In this document: one piece after another, positions 9,028 through 17,270 of the stretch
How positions within the stretch are numbered: position 1 is the stretch's first letter
Layout: the number at the start of each line of letters is the position of its first letter
Assembly (NCBI GenBank): GCA_050331235.1
Contig: JBHJHA010000116.1
Span: 1 to 31,372 of the forward strand
Direction of reading: 5' to 3'
Source: Leptolyngbyaceae cyanobacterium
GTDB taxonomy: Bacteria > Cyanobacteriota > Cyanobacteriia > Phormidesmidales > Phormidesmidaceae
DNA: 31,372 nt
Made by a program: the position numbers and the translations under genes
The notes under the pieces: generated by a model
Told to the model about the DNA's origin: nothing
Databases searched by the model: none
What the model saw: only the letters and a program-made list of their open reading frames with translations

Positions 9028-9131
9028 AACCGGCAAAGCGTACTTAACGGACCAACACATCGCGAGTTGCAGCTCAGTTGTCCATTAAAGAATTAACTTT
9101 CCACACTTTAAAAGATTAGTTTCCACAGCCC

Positions 9132-9174
9132 AATAGGGCTGAAATGAGTGTCTCAGAATCATATCAGCCCTATT
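9132..9174. repeat. Hairpin with 16-bp arms
   Basis: AATAGGGCTGAAATGA ... TCATATCAGCCCTATT, 15/16 complementary. Confidence 0.6.
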
Positions 9175-9228
9175 TTGTTACATATTGAGATCAATCATGT
9201 TTTTCAAGAATTACTCATCCTTTGGATA

Positions 9229-9321
9229 TATAGTCATTCGACATAAGTTTGAGAATGAAAAGAACGGAATATCAAAGCTTACAGAGGTATTCTTTTCTCA
9301 TTCTTAAATGGAATCACTATA
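9229..9321. mobile_element. ~90-bp MITE with TATAG...CTATA ends (IS630-like TA target)
   Basis: 27-bp imperfect IR TATAGTCATTCGACATAAGTTTGAGAA / TATAGTGATTCCATTTAAGAATGAGAA (21/27), including a TA on each side; no coding capacity. Confidence 0.7.
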
Positions 9322-9328
9322 ATTCTTT

Positions 9329-9366
9329 AAATCTGGCAAAAACCGAAAAATCTGGCAAAAACCGAA
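9329..9366. repeat. Perfect 19-bp tandem duplication
   Basis: AAATCTGGCAAAAACCGAA x2 (9329-9347, 9348-9366). Confidence 0.9.
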
Positions 9367-9422
9367 CGAGTTGCTATCCAAAAATCTATTTTTTGGTGGT
9401 TAAACGTCTGTAAGGCCCATTC

Positions 9423-10745
9423 CTGGTTGACTGACAAAACTTAGTCTGTTGGATAGCGGTAGGTTCGGACAGTGAACTCGATTTGGTAAGTTCGTTTACG
9501 ATGTTGCTTTCTAGAGGCCATCGCGGGTTGCGAATCTCGATGGCCGGTAAAGCTGACTTGTTGAATCAACGGCCATCCTGACGATAGGGCTGTTTTGACC
9601 CAGTCCCAGCCAATGCGACAATAGCTGTTGCCTCGAAACCAGTGGGGGGTCACCCAGCGCCTGCGCCCCGTAGCCACCACTTCCATCCCCTGAGCCGCGA
9701 CATAGAGGGTAGCTACGGCCAGGATAAACCACAGCCGGGAGAGCGCACAGACGGAACGCACCTGGGATTTTTGGATGTTCCAACCATTGGACTGGTCATC
9801 GAGAAAATTTTCCTCGATATCGAACCTGAGGCCGTATTCCTCAAAGGTTTGTAGGGAGGTGGGTTCATCACTGACAATGGCCCAAAATTCACCGTTGACG
9901 TTGTTATGGCCAAAGGCGATATGAACTGGGCCAAACCATTTGCCCTTGTGGAGTTTGACCGTGTGAAAGCAGAGGGCTTCGCCGCGTTGCCGCCGAAAAT
10001 CCTTGAGTTGCCGCCACCCTTTCCCGGCTCGCCAAATCCAAGTGTCACGCTTGAGCCGAATGCGGTAATGCCATCCGAGTTGGGTGGTCATCATCGTCAT
10101 CGCATCGGTGTGAATAAAGCCCCGGTCGGCCAGCAGAACCACTTTGACTCCCTGGGGTAACCGCTCAGCGGCTTGCGGCAGCAGGTCGCGATACTCGGCA
10201 AAGGCAATCGAGGCACTGGGATGCTCCAGCACCCGCCAAACGACCGGGAGGGCGCGTCCCCGGTGGACGACAGCCAAACGCACCAAACAGTATTCATCCC
10301 AGAACATTGAGGTGTCGAGGCTGAGATACAGCACCTCTTCTTGCCAGTCGGCCAAAGCCGCTTGAATCAGCCGTTTATAGAGGCGGTGGACGTTGATGCG
10401 GCTGTTGTGCAACCAGCGACTCAGACGACGTTGTTGACTTTGGGCCTGCTCACCGCGGCACGGCACATGCGGCAGCCAGCGCGTCAGATTGATTTCACCG
10501 CTGTGAATCAAGGCGATGACCATCCACAGGCAGGTCTTCAAATGACTCAAATGAGCCCATTCAGGCGATTGACCTAGCCAGGTTTCCAGGGCATGGTAGA
10601 GACGGGAGTTTTTTTCACAGCATTCCAGGATATGAGTGGTATCTAATCTTAGAATGCTGGCTCCCAACCAGTTTCTTCTAAACGCTCAGTTCCCTGCAGT
10701 AAAAGCGCTTCAGCCTTTTTTGAGTAACTTTTGTCAGTCAATCAG
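9423..10745 (-). mobile_element. IS4-family insertion sequence, 1323 bp
   Basis: IR CTGGTTGACTGACAAAA / CTGATTGACTGACAAAA (16/17); 9-bp direct repeat GGCCCATTC at 9414-9422 and 10746-10754. Confidence 0.93.
9441..10667 (-). CDS. IS4-family DDE transposase (start uncertain)
   Basis: Motifs LSLDTS, GRALPVVW, LLADRGF and YGLRFDIEENFLD (Y-2-R-3-E signature of IS4). Confidence 0.88.
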   Translation of the reverse strand: MGASILRLDTTHILECCEKNSRLYHALETWLGQSPEWAHLSHLKTCLWMVIALIHSGEINLTRWLPHVPCRGEQAQSQQRRLSRWLHNSRINVHRLYKRLIQAALADWQEEVLYLSLDTSMFWDEYCLVRLAVVHRGRALPVVWRVLEHPSASIAFAEYRDLLPQAAERLPQGVKVVLLADRGFIHTDAMTMMTTQLGWHYRIRLKRDTWIWRAGKGWRQLKDFRRQRGEALCFHTVKLHKGKWFGPVHIAFGHNNVNGEFWAIVSDEPTSLQTFEEYGLRFDIEENFLDDQSNGWNIQKSQVRSVCALSRLWFILAVATLYVAAQGMEVVATGRRRWVTPHWFRGNSYCRIGWDWVKTALSSGWPLIQQVSFTGHRDSQPAMASRKQHRKRTYQIEFTVRTYRYPTD

Positions 10746-10818
10746 GGCCCATTCTCACGTGGACTTTGAAAACTAATCCTTTAAATCTGGAAAAATAAAT
10801 CCTTTAATGGACAAAAAA

Positions 10819-10890
10819 AGCGGGTGAACGGACTCGAACCGTCGACATTCAGCTTGGGAAGCTGACGTTCTACCACTGAACTACACCCGC
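10819..10890 (-). tRNA. tRNA-Gly (CCC), CCA not encoded
   Basis: GCGGGTGTAGTTCAGTGGTAGAACGTCAGCTTCCCAAGCTGAATGTCGACGGTTCGAGTCCGTTCACCCGCT; cloverleaf with anticodon loop TTCCCAA and T-loop TTCGA. Confidence 0.97.
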
Positions 10891-10901
10891 AATGAATTCA
10901 C

Positions 10902-10907
10902 ATTATA
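10902..10907 (-). promoter_or_regulatory. -10 box for tRNA-Gly
   Basis: Perfect TATAAT on the minus strand 11 nt upstream of the tRNA 5' end. Confidence 0.55.
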
Positions 10908-10910
10908 CGG

Positions 10911-13900
10911 TTATTTGCTGACTGAAGTTCTGTGAGGTTCTAACTCTTTGTAAAGTGACTCGGAACGGTCAGAACTTTTGAATTGACCAAAAAGGCGACC
11001 GATCGCCACTTGGAACTGATCGATGTATGTCAAAAATACAGGCACAACAACTAAGGTCAGCAATGTGGATGTTGAGAAACCGCCAATCTCGGCGATCGCC
11101 ATGGGACTTCTGGTTTCCGCGCCAGCGCCGAGTTCTAGGGCGATGGGTACCATGCCGGCCATGGTCGAAATAGATGTCATAAGAATTGGGCGAAGTCGAG
11201 TTGTGCCAGCTTCCATAACGGCCTGTCGGCGAGATTTTCCCTGTTGTTTAGCCATTAAGGCATAATCCACCAGCAAAATGGCGTTTTTAGTCACGAGACC
11301 CATCAACAAAACAATGCCAATCAGGGCAAACAGGCCCAGTGGTTTTTGCGCAATCAGCAAGCCCATCAAAGCGCCCCCAACGGACAATGGCAAGGCTGCC
11401 ATAACCGCAAAGGGATAGAGGAAACTGTTATAAAGCAGCACTAGCACCGCGTAAATCATTAATATGGCGGTGCCCAAAGCGAGCAGAAATCGGCTAAAAA
11501 TTTCGGCCATAATTTCCGCATCTCCTGCAGGCTGTTGCTGCACGTCAGCGGGTAAATTGGTCAGCGCAGGTAGGTCGTTAACTAAGGCAAGACCTTGACC
11601 TAAGGTGATACCTTGGAGATTCCCACCGATAGTAACTTGGCGGGCTCGGTCGAAGCGGTCAACTTGGGCTGGTCCGCTGCCAAAGGCAATATCAGCCACA
11701 GCGACAAGAGGAACAAGATTGCCGTTTTGACCAGGCACTTTGAGCTGACGTAGGGTATCAAGCCGATCGCGTTCAGCTGGGTCGAGTTGAACCCGGATTG
11801 GAATTTGCCGATCGCCCGCCGTAAATTCAGCCAGGTTAGAGTCCGTATCGCCAAGGGTAGCGAGGAAAGCCGTGTTGGCGATCGCCTGCACTGAGACGCC
11901 CAAATCAGCGGCCCGAAGTGGGTCCGGCGTGATCAGAATCTCGGGCTTGACAAGGCTAGCGCTAGAGGTAACCTCGACTAAGCCGGGCACCTCACGCATC
12001 TGGCGAGTCAGGGCGTTGGCCGACTCCAGTAGCGAGGCCGGATTATCTCCCTTGAGTAAGATTGTCAAATCCTTGCTCTCACCACCCGCTCCTTGACTTT
12101 GAAAACTGATGCGTGCCCCCGGAATTGCTTGAAACAGGGTGCGGGCATCCTGTTCGAACTGTTGTTGAGAAATCGAACGTTCGTTATCGGGTTTGAGGTT
12201 AACAAATAGGGTGGCGGCGTTGATGCTGTCAGTCCCTTCCGTAGACAGTACGGAGGCCACCGCTTCATGTTCTAGCAAGTTAGTCGTTAGGCGATCAGTA
12301 ACCTGGTGGGTGTCATCTAAAGTTGACCCTGGCGGCAATTCGACGGTAACGATAGAGAGGCCAGTGTCGCCAGAGTCAAATAGGCTGGTGGGAATGTAAG
12401 GCACCAGCATCAGACTGCCGACGAAGAACATCAACGCTAGAGTGACTGTCACTAACCGATGGCGGAGCCCAGCACTGAGCAGCGCCTGATAGGGATGAAA
12501 TTGCCGCCCCGATTGATAGTGACCGTTGCCGTTGTAGTGATCGTTGCCATTGCCATTGCTGTGGCTGTGTCCGTTCAGAGAAAAATCCTCTGAGGTGGTC
12601 AACTGGTTAGGTTGAGTCGCCGGTTTGGCTTTGAGGAGATAAGCCGCCATCATTGGCGTCATTAATCGGGCGACCAAGGTAGAAAACATAGTGGCTGTAG
12701 CAACCGTCACTCCAAACGGCTTGAAAAATTGCCCCGGAATGCCCCCCATAAATGCGACCGGAATGAAAACGGCAACGATGGTTGCAGTAGTGGTCACCAC
12801 TGCGAGACCGACTTCCGAAGTGGAGTCGATCGCTGCCTGGAAAGAGCGCTTGCCCATGCGGATGTGCCGCTCTACGTTTTCGATTTCCACGATCGCATCG
12901 TCGACTAGGTTCCCAACGGCCAGCGTCAGCCCCAATAGCGACATGCTGTTGAGGGTGTAGCCAAACCAATCAATCACCAAAAAAGTAGGAATGATCGACA
13001 GCGGCAGCGCCGTCGCCGTAATCAAGGTGGCGCGCCAGTCGCGCAAAAAGACGCCCACCACTACGACCGCCAAAATACAGCCAAGAATCAGCGCCTCAAT
13101 CGAGGCTCGATAGGAATCTCGAATATCGGTGGCGCGGGTAAAGATCAGCTGAAAATCAATGTCTTCGGGCAAGGTCTCTTCCAAGGAGGCCACCTGCGCT
13201 CTGACCCCTTCCTCCACTGAGACCAACACGCTGCCGGTACTCCGCAAAACAGAGAAAGCCACGACGCCTTGGTTGTCAAAGTAGGCGGCTTGGCGAGTCT
13301 CAGCATAGCCGCGCTCAACCGTTCCTAAACTCTTGAGTGGCACCGCAGTGCCGTTAGGCAATTGAATCTGATAATTGGCTAATGCTTCGACGGTGGGAGC
13401 ACTGCCGAGGGTGCGCAATCCCTGCTCCTGTTGCCCTACGGTAGCCCGACCACTCGGTAAGTTGATATTGAGGGCGCGAATCTGGTCATTCACCTGGGTG
13501 GCGGTAATGCCCAGGGCGTCAAGCTGTTTGGGGTCGAGGTCGATACGAATTTCGGGGTCAACGCCACCGACTCGGTCCACCTGGGCAACCCCTGATACAG
13601 ACAGTAGACTTCGACTAATCTCCTGATCGACCAGCTCACTCAGCTCTTCCACAGAGCGCTGCCCGGAGGTGACCGCATAGGTCATGATGGCGCCGCCCTC
13701 AAAGCTCAGGCGGCGAACAATGGGATCTTGGGCGCTGCCGGGTAGGTCAGAGCGAATTCGGGCGATCGCGTCACGCACATCATTGGTGGCGCGATCAGTA
13801 TCAGTACCTAAAACAAAACTAATGACCGTCTGCGAATTACCGTCGGTAATCGTGGAGCGAATTTCGTCAATATTGCCAAGACCGGCAACGGCGTCTTCGA

Positions 13901-14105
13901 CCTTTTTGGTGATTTGAGTTTCTAGCTCCTCGGGTCCAGCCCCCCGCTGGCTGACGGTTACAATTACGGCGGGCACATCGATGTTGGGATTGAGGTCAAC
14001 GCCCAATCGCCCAAAGGATACTAATCCGGCCAATGTCAACACGAGGAACAAGACAAGGGTCGGAATCGGTCGCCGAATAGACCAGCCAGAAATGTTAGAA
14101 GCCAT
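10911..14105 (-). CDS. RND efflux permease (AcrB/AcrD/AcrF family)
   Basis: 1064 aa, 12-TM pattern, GNLVDDAIVEIEN, TKNAILLVD, RLRPILMTS. Confidence 0.96.
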   Translation of the reverse strand: MASNISGWSIRRPIPTLVLFLVLTLAGLVSFGRLGVDLNPNIDVPAVIVTVSQRGAGPEELETQITKKVEDAVAGLGNIDEIRSTITDGNSQTVISFVLGTDTDRATNDVRDAIARIRSDLPGSAQDPIVRRLSFEGGAIMTYAVTSGQRSVEELSELVDQEISRSLLSVSGVAQVDRVGGVDPEIRIDLDPKQLDALGITATQVNDQIRALNINLPSGRATVGQQEQGLRTLGSAPTVEALANYQIQLPNGTAVPLKSLGTVERGYAETRQAAYFDNQGVVAFSVLRSTGSVLVSVEEGVRAQVASLEETLPEDIDFQLIFTRATDIRDSYRASIEALILGCILAVVVVGVFLRDWRATLITATALPLSIIPTFLVIDWFGYTLNSMSLLGLTLAVGNLVDDAIVEIENVERHIRMGKRSFQAAIDSTSEVGLAVVTTTATIVAVFIPVAFMGGIPGQFFKPFGVTVATATMFSTLVARLMTPMMAAYLLKAKPATQPNQLTTSEDFSLNGHSHSNGNGNDHYNGNGHYQSGRQFHPYQALLSAGLRHRLVTVTLALMFFVGSLMLVPYIPTSLFDSGDTGLSIVTVELPPGSTLDDTHQVTDRLTTNLLEHEAVASVLSTEGTDSINAATLFVNLKPDNERSISQQQFEQDARTLFQAIPGARISFQSQGAGGESKDLTILLKGDNPASLLESANALTRQMREVPGLVEVTSSASLVKPEILITPDPLRAADLGVSVQAIANTAFLATLGDTDSNLAEFTAGDRQIPIRVQLDPAERDRLDTLRQLKVPGQNGNLVPLVAVADIAFGSGPAQVDRFDRARQVTIGGNLQGITLGQGLALVNDLPALTNLPADVQQQPAGDAEIMAEIFSRFLLALGTAILMIYAVLVLLYNSFLYPFAVMAALPLSVGGALMGLLIAQKPLGLFALIGIVLLMGLVTKNAILLVDYALMAKQQGKSRRQAVMEAGTTRLRPILMTSISTMAGMVPIALELGAGAETRSPMAIAEIGGFSTSTLLTLVVVPVFLTYIDQFQVAIGRLFGQFKSSDRSESLYKELEPHRTSVSK

Positions 14106-14187
14106 AGGGGAGGAGAGTGAACAAACAATTCGGAGTGATGAGTGACAAAACTGATGTGAGGGGCGTGACTTGCCCGCGATGCTGGCG

Positions 14188-15480
14188 TTATTCCGCTACG
14201 GTAACGACATCTCCCTCCTGTACATAACCAGCGCCAGCAACAACTACCTGCTCTCCCGCTGTCAAGCCGTCAAGGATTTCAACGCGACTAGCTTCATTCC
14301 CTGGAGTCGTCATCCGCGCACCAATTTGAACCGTGCGGGCAATCGCCACTTGGTCGGCCCCCACCAAATACACCTGTACTGAGCCGTCCGGTTGGGGCTG
14401 GAGCGCCTGAGCCGGCACCGTTAAGCCAGAGCGCTGACCAGACTGAATCGCTGCGGTCAAAAACATTCCCGAACGCAGGCGATCACTCGCTGGCAAGCGA
14501 ATTACCACTTGAGCCGTGCGCGTTTCTGGATCAATCAACGGCTGAATTTCTTGCACCGTACCCTCGACCTGCACAGTCGGGTCAGTGCTTGAGGTCACCT
14601 GGGCCGGAGCACCCACCTGCACCTGAGAAAGCTGAGCCTGGGGCACTTCGGCTTCTAGTTCCAACTGATTCCCTTGGATGAGAGTGACAACCTCATTGGA
14701 GGTTGACGAGACATCTCCCACGCTCGCCGGACGCTCCGCAACAACGCCATCCATCGGAGCCACTACGGTTGCCCGGGTGAGTTGAGTCTGCAACCGCTCC
14801 AAATCAGACCGAGCGCTGCGAATGTTGGCCTCGGCACTCGCAACATTTGCTTCCGCCACTCCCACCGACTCGCGAGCGGTAATCGCCTCCGTGGTGCGGC
14901 TATCGAGTTCCTCACTGCTGACGGCCCCTTGCTCGGCCAGCGATTGATACCGCTGTCGGTTGGCCACAGCCTCATCTAGCCGAGCTCGTGCTTGGGATAG
15001 GTTGGCCTGCTGCTGCTGTAGTTGGGCTTGGGCCACATCGATTTGGGCCTGGGCCCGTTGAATTTCGGAGCGTAGATCGGCGTCATCCAAAACCACAAGC
15101 GGTTGTCCCTGGGTAACGCGATCGCCCTCGTCAACCAACACTCGCTGAATTTGGAGTCCACTGATCTGGGGCGTGACGGCCAACAGATCAGCCGGCTGCA
15201 CTGTGCCAGTCACGGTCAATTGCTCGGTTACTTGGCTGAGTTGCACCGGCTCTACCGAAACGGTTTGGGCACTGACCTGTGTCGCGGTTTCAGCACTGGT
15301 CGCATCTTCCGTCGCAGTCGGACTGCCAGCAAAGAGTCGGGAGCCCACCAGCGCGATCGCCACTCCGATCCCGATTCCGATAAACAGCCTGCCATAGCCC
15401 TTAGAAGCGTTCTTCAACTCTTTGCGAAACCAGGTTTCGTGAGTAGGAGCAATGGGGTCTGACTTTTGCACGGGTGACAC
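14188..15480 (-). CDS. RND efflux periplasmic adaptor (membrane fusion protein)
   Basis: N-terminal TM, lipoyl-like halves (VDEGDRV..GQPLVVLD; APMDGVV), coiled hairpin, LRSGMF; upstream of the permease. Confidence 0.94.
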   Translation of the reverse strand: MSPVQKSDPIAPTHETWFRKELKNASKGYGRLFIGIGIGVAIALVGSRLFAGSPTATEDATSAETATQVSAQTVSVEPVQLSQVTEQLTVTGTVQPADLLAVTPQISGLQIQRVLVDEGDRVTQGQPLVVLDDADLRSEIQRAQAQIDVAQAQLQQQQANLSQARARLDEAVANRQRYQSLAEQGAVSSEELDSRTTEAITARESVGVAEANVASAEANIRSARSDLERLQTQLTRATVVAPMDGVVAERPASVGDVSSTSNEVVTLIQGNQLELEAEVPQAQLSQVQVGAPAQVTSSTDPTVQVEGTVQEIQPLIDPETRTAQVVIRLPASDRLRSGMFLTAAIQSGQRSGLTVPAQALQPQPDGSVQVYLVGADQVAIARTVQIGARMTTPGNEASRVEILDGLTAGEQVVVAGAGYVQEGDVVTVAE

Positions 15481-15885
15481 AATCCATCTCGGTAGAATTA
15501 GCAGCTTGAAATAATGAGTCTGCCGTTAAGAAACGTAAATTTATTATGACTTAAGATTTGTCGAATGAGGGGATTGACTGAAGACTTGGCACCCCTCAGC
15601 ATTCGTAAGTCCTTGAGCCGCTTCCCATCGCACAGTGCAATTTGTATTCTGGGAATGATTCTCTAGACGCTTTGGCCACGTAAAAGTTGCTGAGGCTTGA
15701 CATTGGCGATCGCCACCCGCCGCCGCTGAAGTCTTGATAACTTGGGCCCAGCAAATACATCCAGATGGTTTTCGAACGATGACGTTGGCACGGGCGTACA
15801 CATCGACTAAATCCGGATCAATCTTGGTGCAAACCAATTGCTCAAACTGACGATAATCATTGTGATGTCGCGAACCGCAGCAGTA

Positions 15886-17067
15886 TCAAAGTCCATTCCC
15901 CTCTAGGTCAACGTCCCAAAGCTCCAGCAGGGCATCCACTCGATCAACCGAGGCCAAATCGTCTTGATCAAGATACAGACGGCGCGCTCGGCTGATTGAG
16001 CCAATGGCTTGCTTTTCTAGGCCTTCGGCCCACTGGGCAAGGGCGAGGTTGTAATGAGCACCGGGATTGTTGGGAAAGGCTTCGATCACTCGACGATAGG
16101 CACCGATCGCCTGCAAATAAACGCCTTCGTTAAGGTGAAAAGCACCTACAGCAGCCTGGGCGGGAATCAAGTCAGGGTCGCTCTCTACAGCTCGTCGATA
16201 AAAGCGATAGGCAGCGGCTTCATCACCAATTTCCATCGACAGCTCCCCCAGCAGGAAGTTGGCTTGGGCATCGTCACGATTTAGCCGCACGGCTTCTTGC
16301 AAATTCTGATAGGCTTCCTGGGAATTGCCTAAGGCGATTTGAGTTTCGGCGAGGCCGACGTAGGGTTCGCTGCGGCTGCTGTCAGCGCCAACGGCGCGTT
16401 GGAAGGCGGACCGGGCAGAATCATAGTCTTCTTGAATCAAATACAGTGTGCCTAGCGCTTCGTAAGCTTTAGCGTTGCCTGGAGCTCTCTGGGCCAAGGC
16501 TTCGTAGGTGACCAGTGCAGACTCGTAATCTTCTAAGGTGATAAAAATGTTGCCCAGTCCCAGGTAGGCGTCTGTTTCAGAGGGGGCCAAGGTGGTGATT
16601 TCTTCGTAGGCTGCGATCGCATTGTCGTAGTCTTCGAGCTTGACATAGGCAAAAGCCAACCCATAGCGGAAAGGCATATTATCAGGCTCGAGGGCGATCG
16701 CCTGTTGATACGGTGCAATGGCAGCACCGTAGTTGCCCTGCTGCACATAGAGATAACCAATGCCAGAAAACAGCCGTGCATTTTGCGGGTCGATGCGCGT
16801 TGCGGCTCGATAGCTTTCGATCGCCCCGCTGTAGTCTCTGGCCTCGACTTGATCTTGACCTTGACTCAGGAGATCATCTAAAGCCTCCTGCTGGGCATCC
16901 GTCAGGTTGGCATTGCTGCTTTGGGCCAGTTGCAGGGGGGCGGTAACTGGCAGCGCCGAAAGCTCTAGCACCCTCACTGGTGATGTAACGACGGCCTGGG
17001 CTTCACCGGCCAGCATTCCCATCAGGATACTTGACACTAGCCAGCATCCCCGTCGGAAAGTTACCAT
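15886..17067 (-). CDS. Exported tetratricopeptide-repeat protein
   Basis: Signal-peptide-like N-terminus followed by many TPR units (AYLGLGNIF, AHYNLALA). Confidence 0.9.
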   Translation of the reverse strand: MVTFRRGCWLVSSILMGMLAGEAQAVVTSPVRVLELSALPVTAPLQLAQSSNANLTDAQQEALDDLLSQGQDQVEARDYSGAIESYRAATRIDPQNARLFSGIGYLYVQQGNYGAAIAPYQQAIALEPDNMPFRYGLAFAYVKLEDYDNAIAAYEEITTLAPSETDAYLGLGNIFITLEDYESALVTYEALAQRAPGNAKAYEALGTLYLIQEDYDSARSAFQRAVGADSSRSEPYVGLAETQIALGNSQEAYQNLQEAVRLNRDDAQANFLLGELSMEIGDEAAAYRFYRRAVESDPDLIPAQAAVGAFHLNEGVYLQAIGAYRRVIEAFPNNPGAHYNLALAQWAEGLEKQAIGSISRARRLYLDQDDLASVDRVDALLELWDVDLEGNGL

Positions 17068-17270
17068 TCCTCCACCTCCATCGCATTCAACTCGCGGTAG
17101 GCGCGCTATCCGGCCTCACCTCTGCCGTCATCGCGTCGCTGTAAAAGTCCATCGTTCATCTTATCTCAAAGCCACAGTTGGATAGGACCAAGGCTGTGGC
17201 CAAAAGAATAAGGGGTATCTCTCTATTCTCGACCCCAGAGCGCCATCGGGGCAGCGGCGATGATAGTCGC

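Larger units (their letters stand above)
9079..10813. mobile_element. Non-autonomous Tn7-like/TnsB-type mini-transposon at the 3' end of tRNA-Gly
   Basis: Ends TGTCCATTAAAGAATT... (9079-9128) and revcomp TGTCCATTAAAGGATT... (10764-10813): first 12 bp identical, 39/50 ungapped; each end has two tandem TTAAAGGATTA-TTTCCA-like motifs; no target-site duplication seen. Confidence 0.7.

Noticed and set aside
9329..9410. Possible CRISPR array
   Set aside because: Only a spacerless 19-bp tandem duplication and one vaguely repeat-like 36-mer; no repeat-spacer periodicity and no cas genes
1037..10745. IS256 (1037-2359) and IS4 (9423-10745) elements are both 1323 bp
   Set aside because: Unrelated IRs and transposases; the size is typical of both families, so this is coincidence
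15544..15837. 97-aa ORF or ncRNA between the adaptor and TPR genes
   Set aside because: TTG start, no motif, and no RNA family or riboswitch pattern recognised
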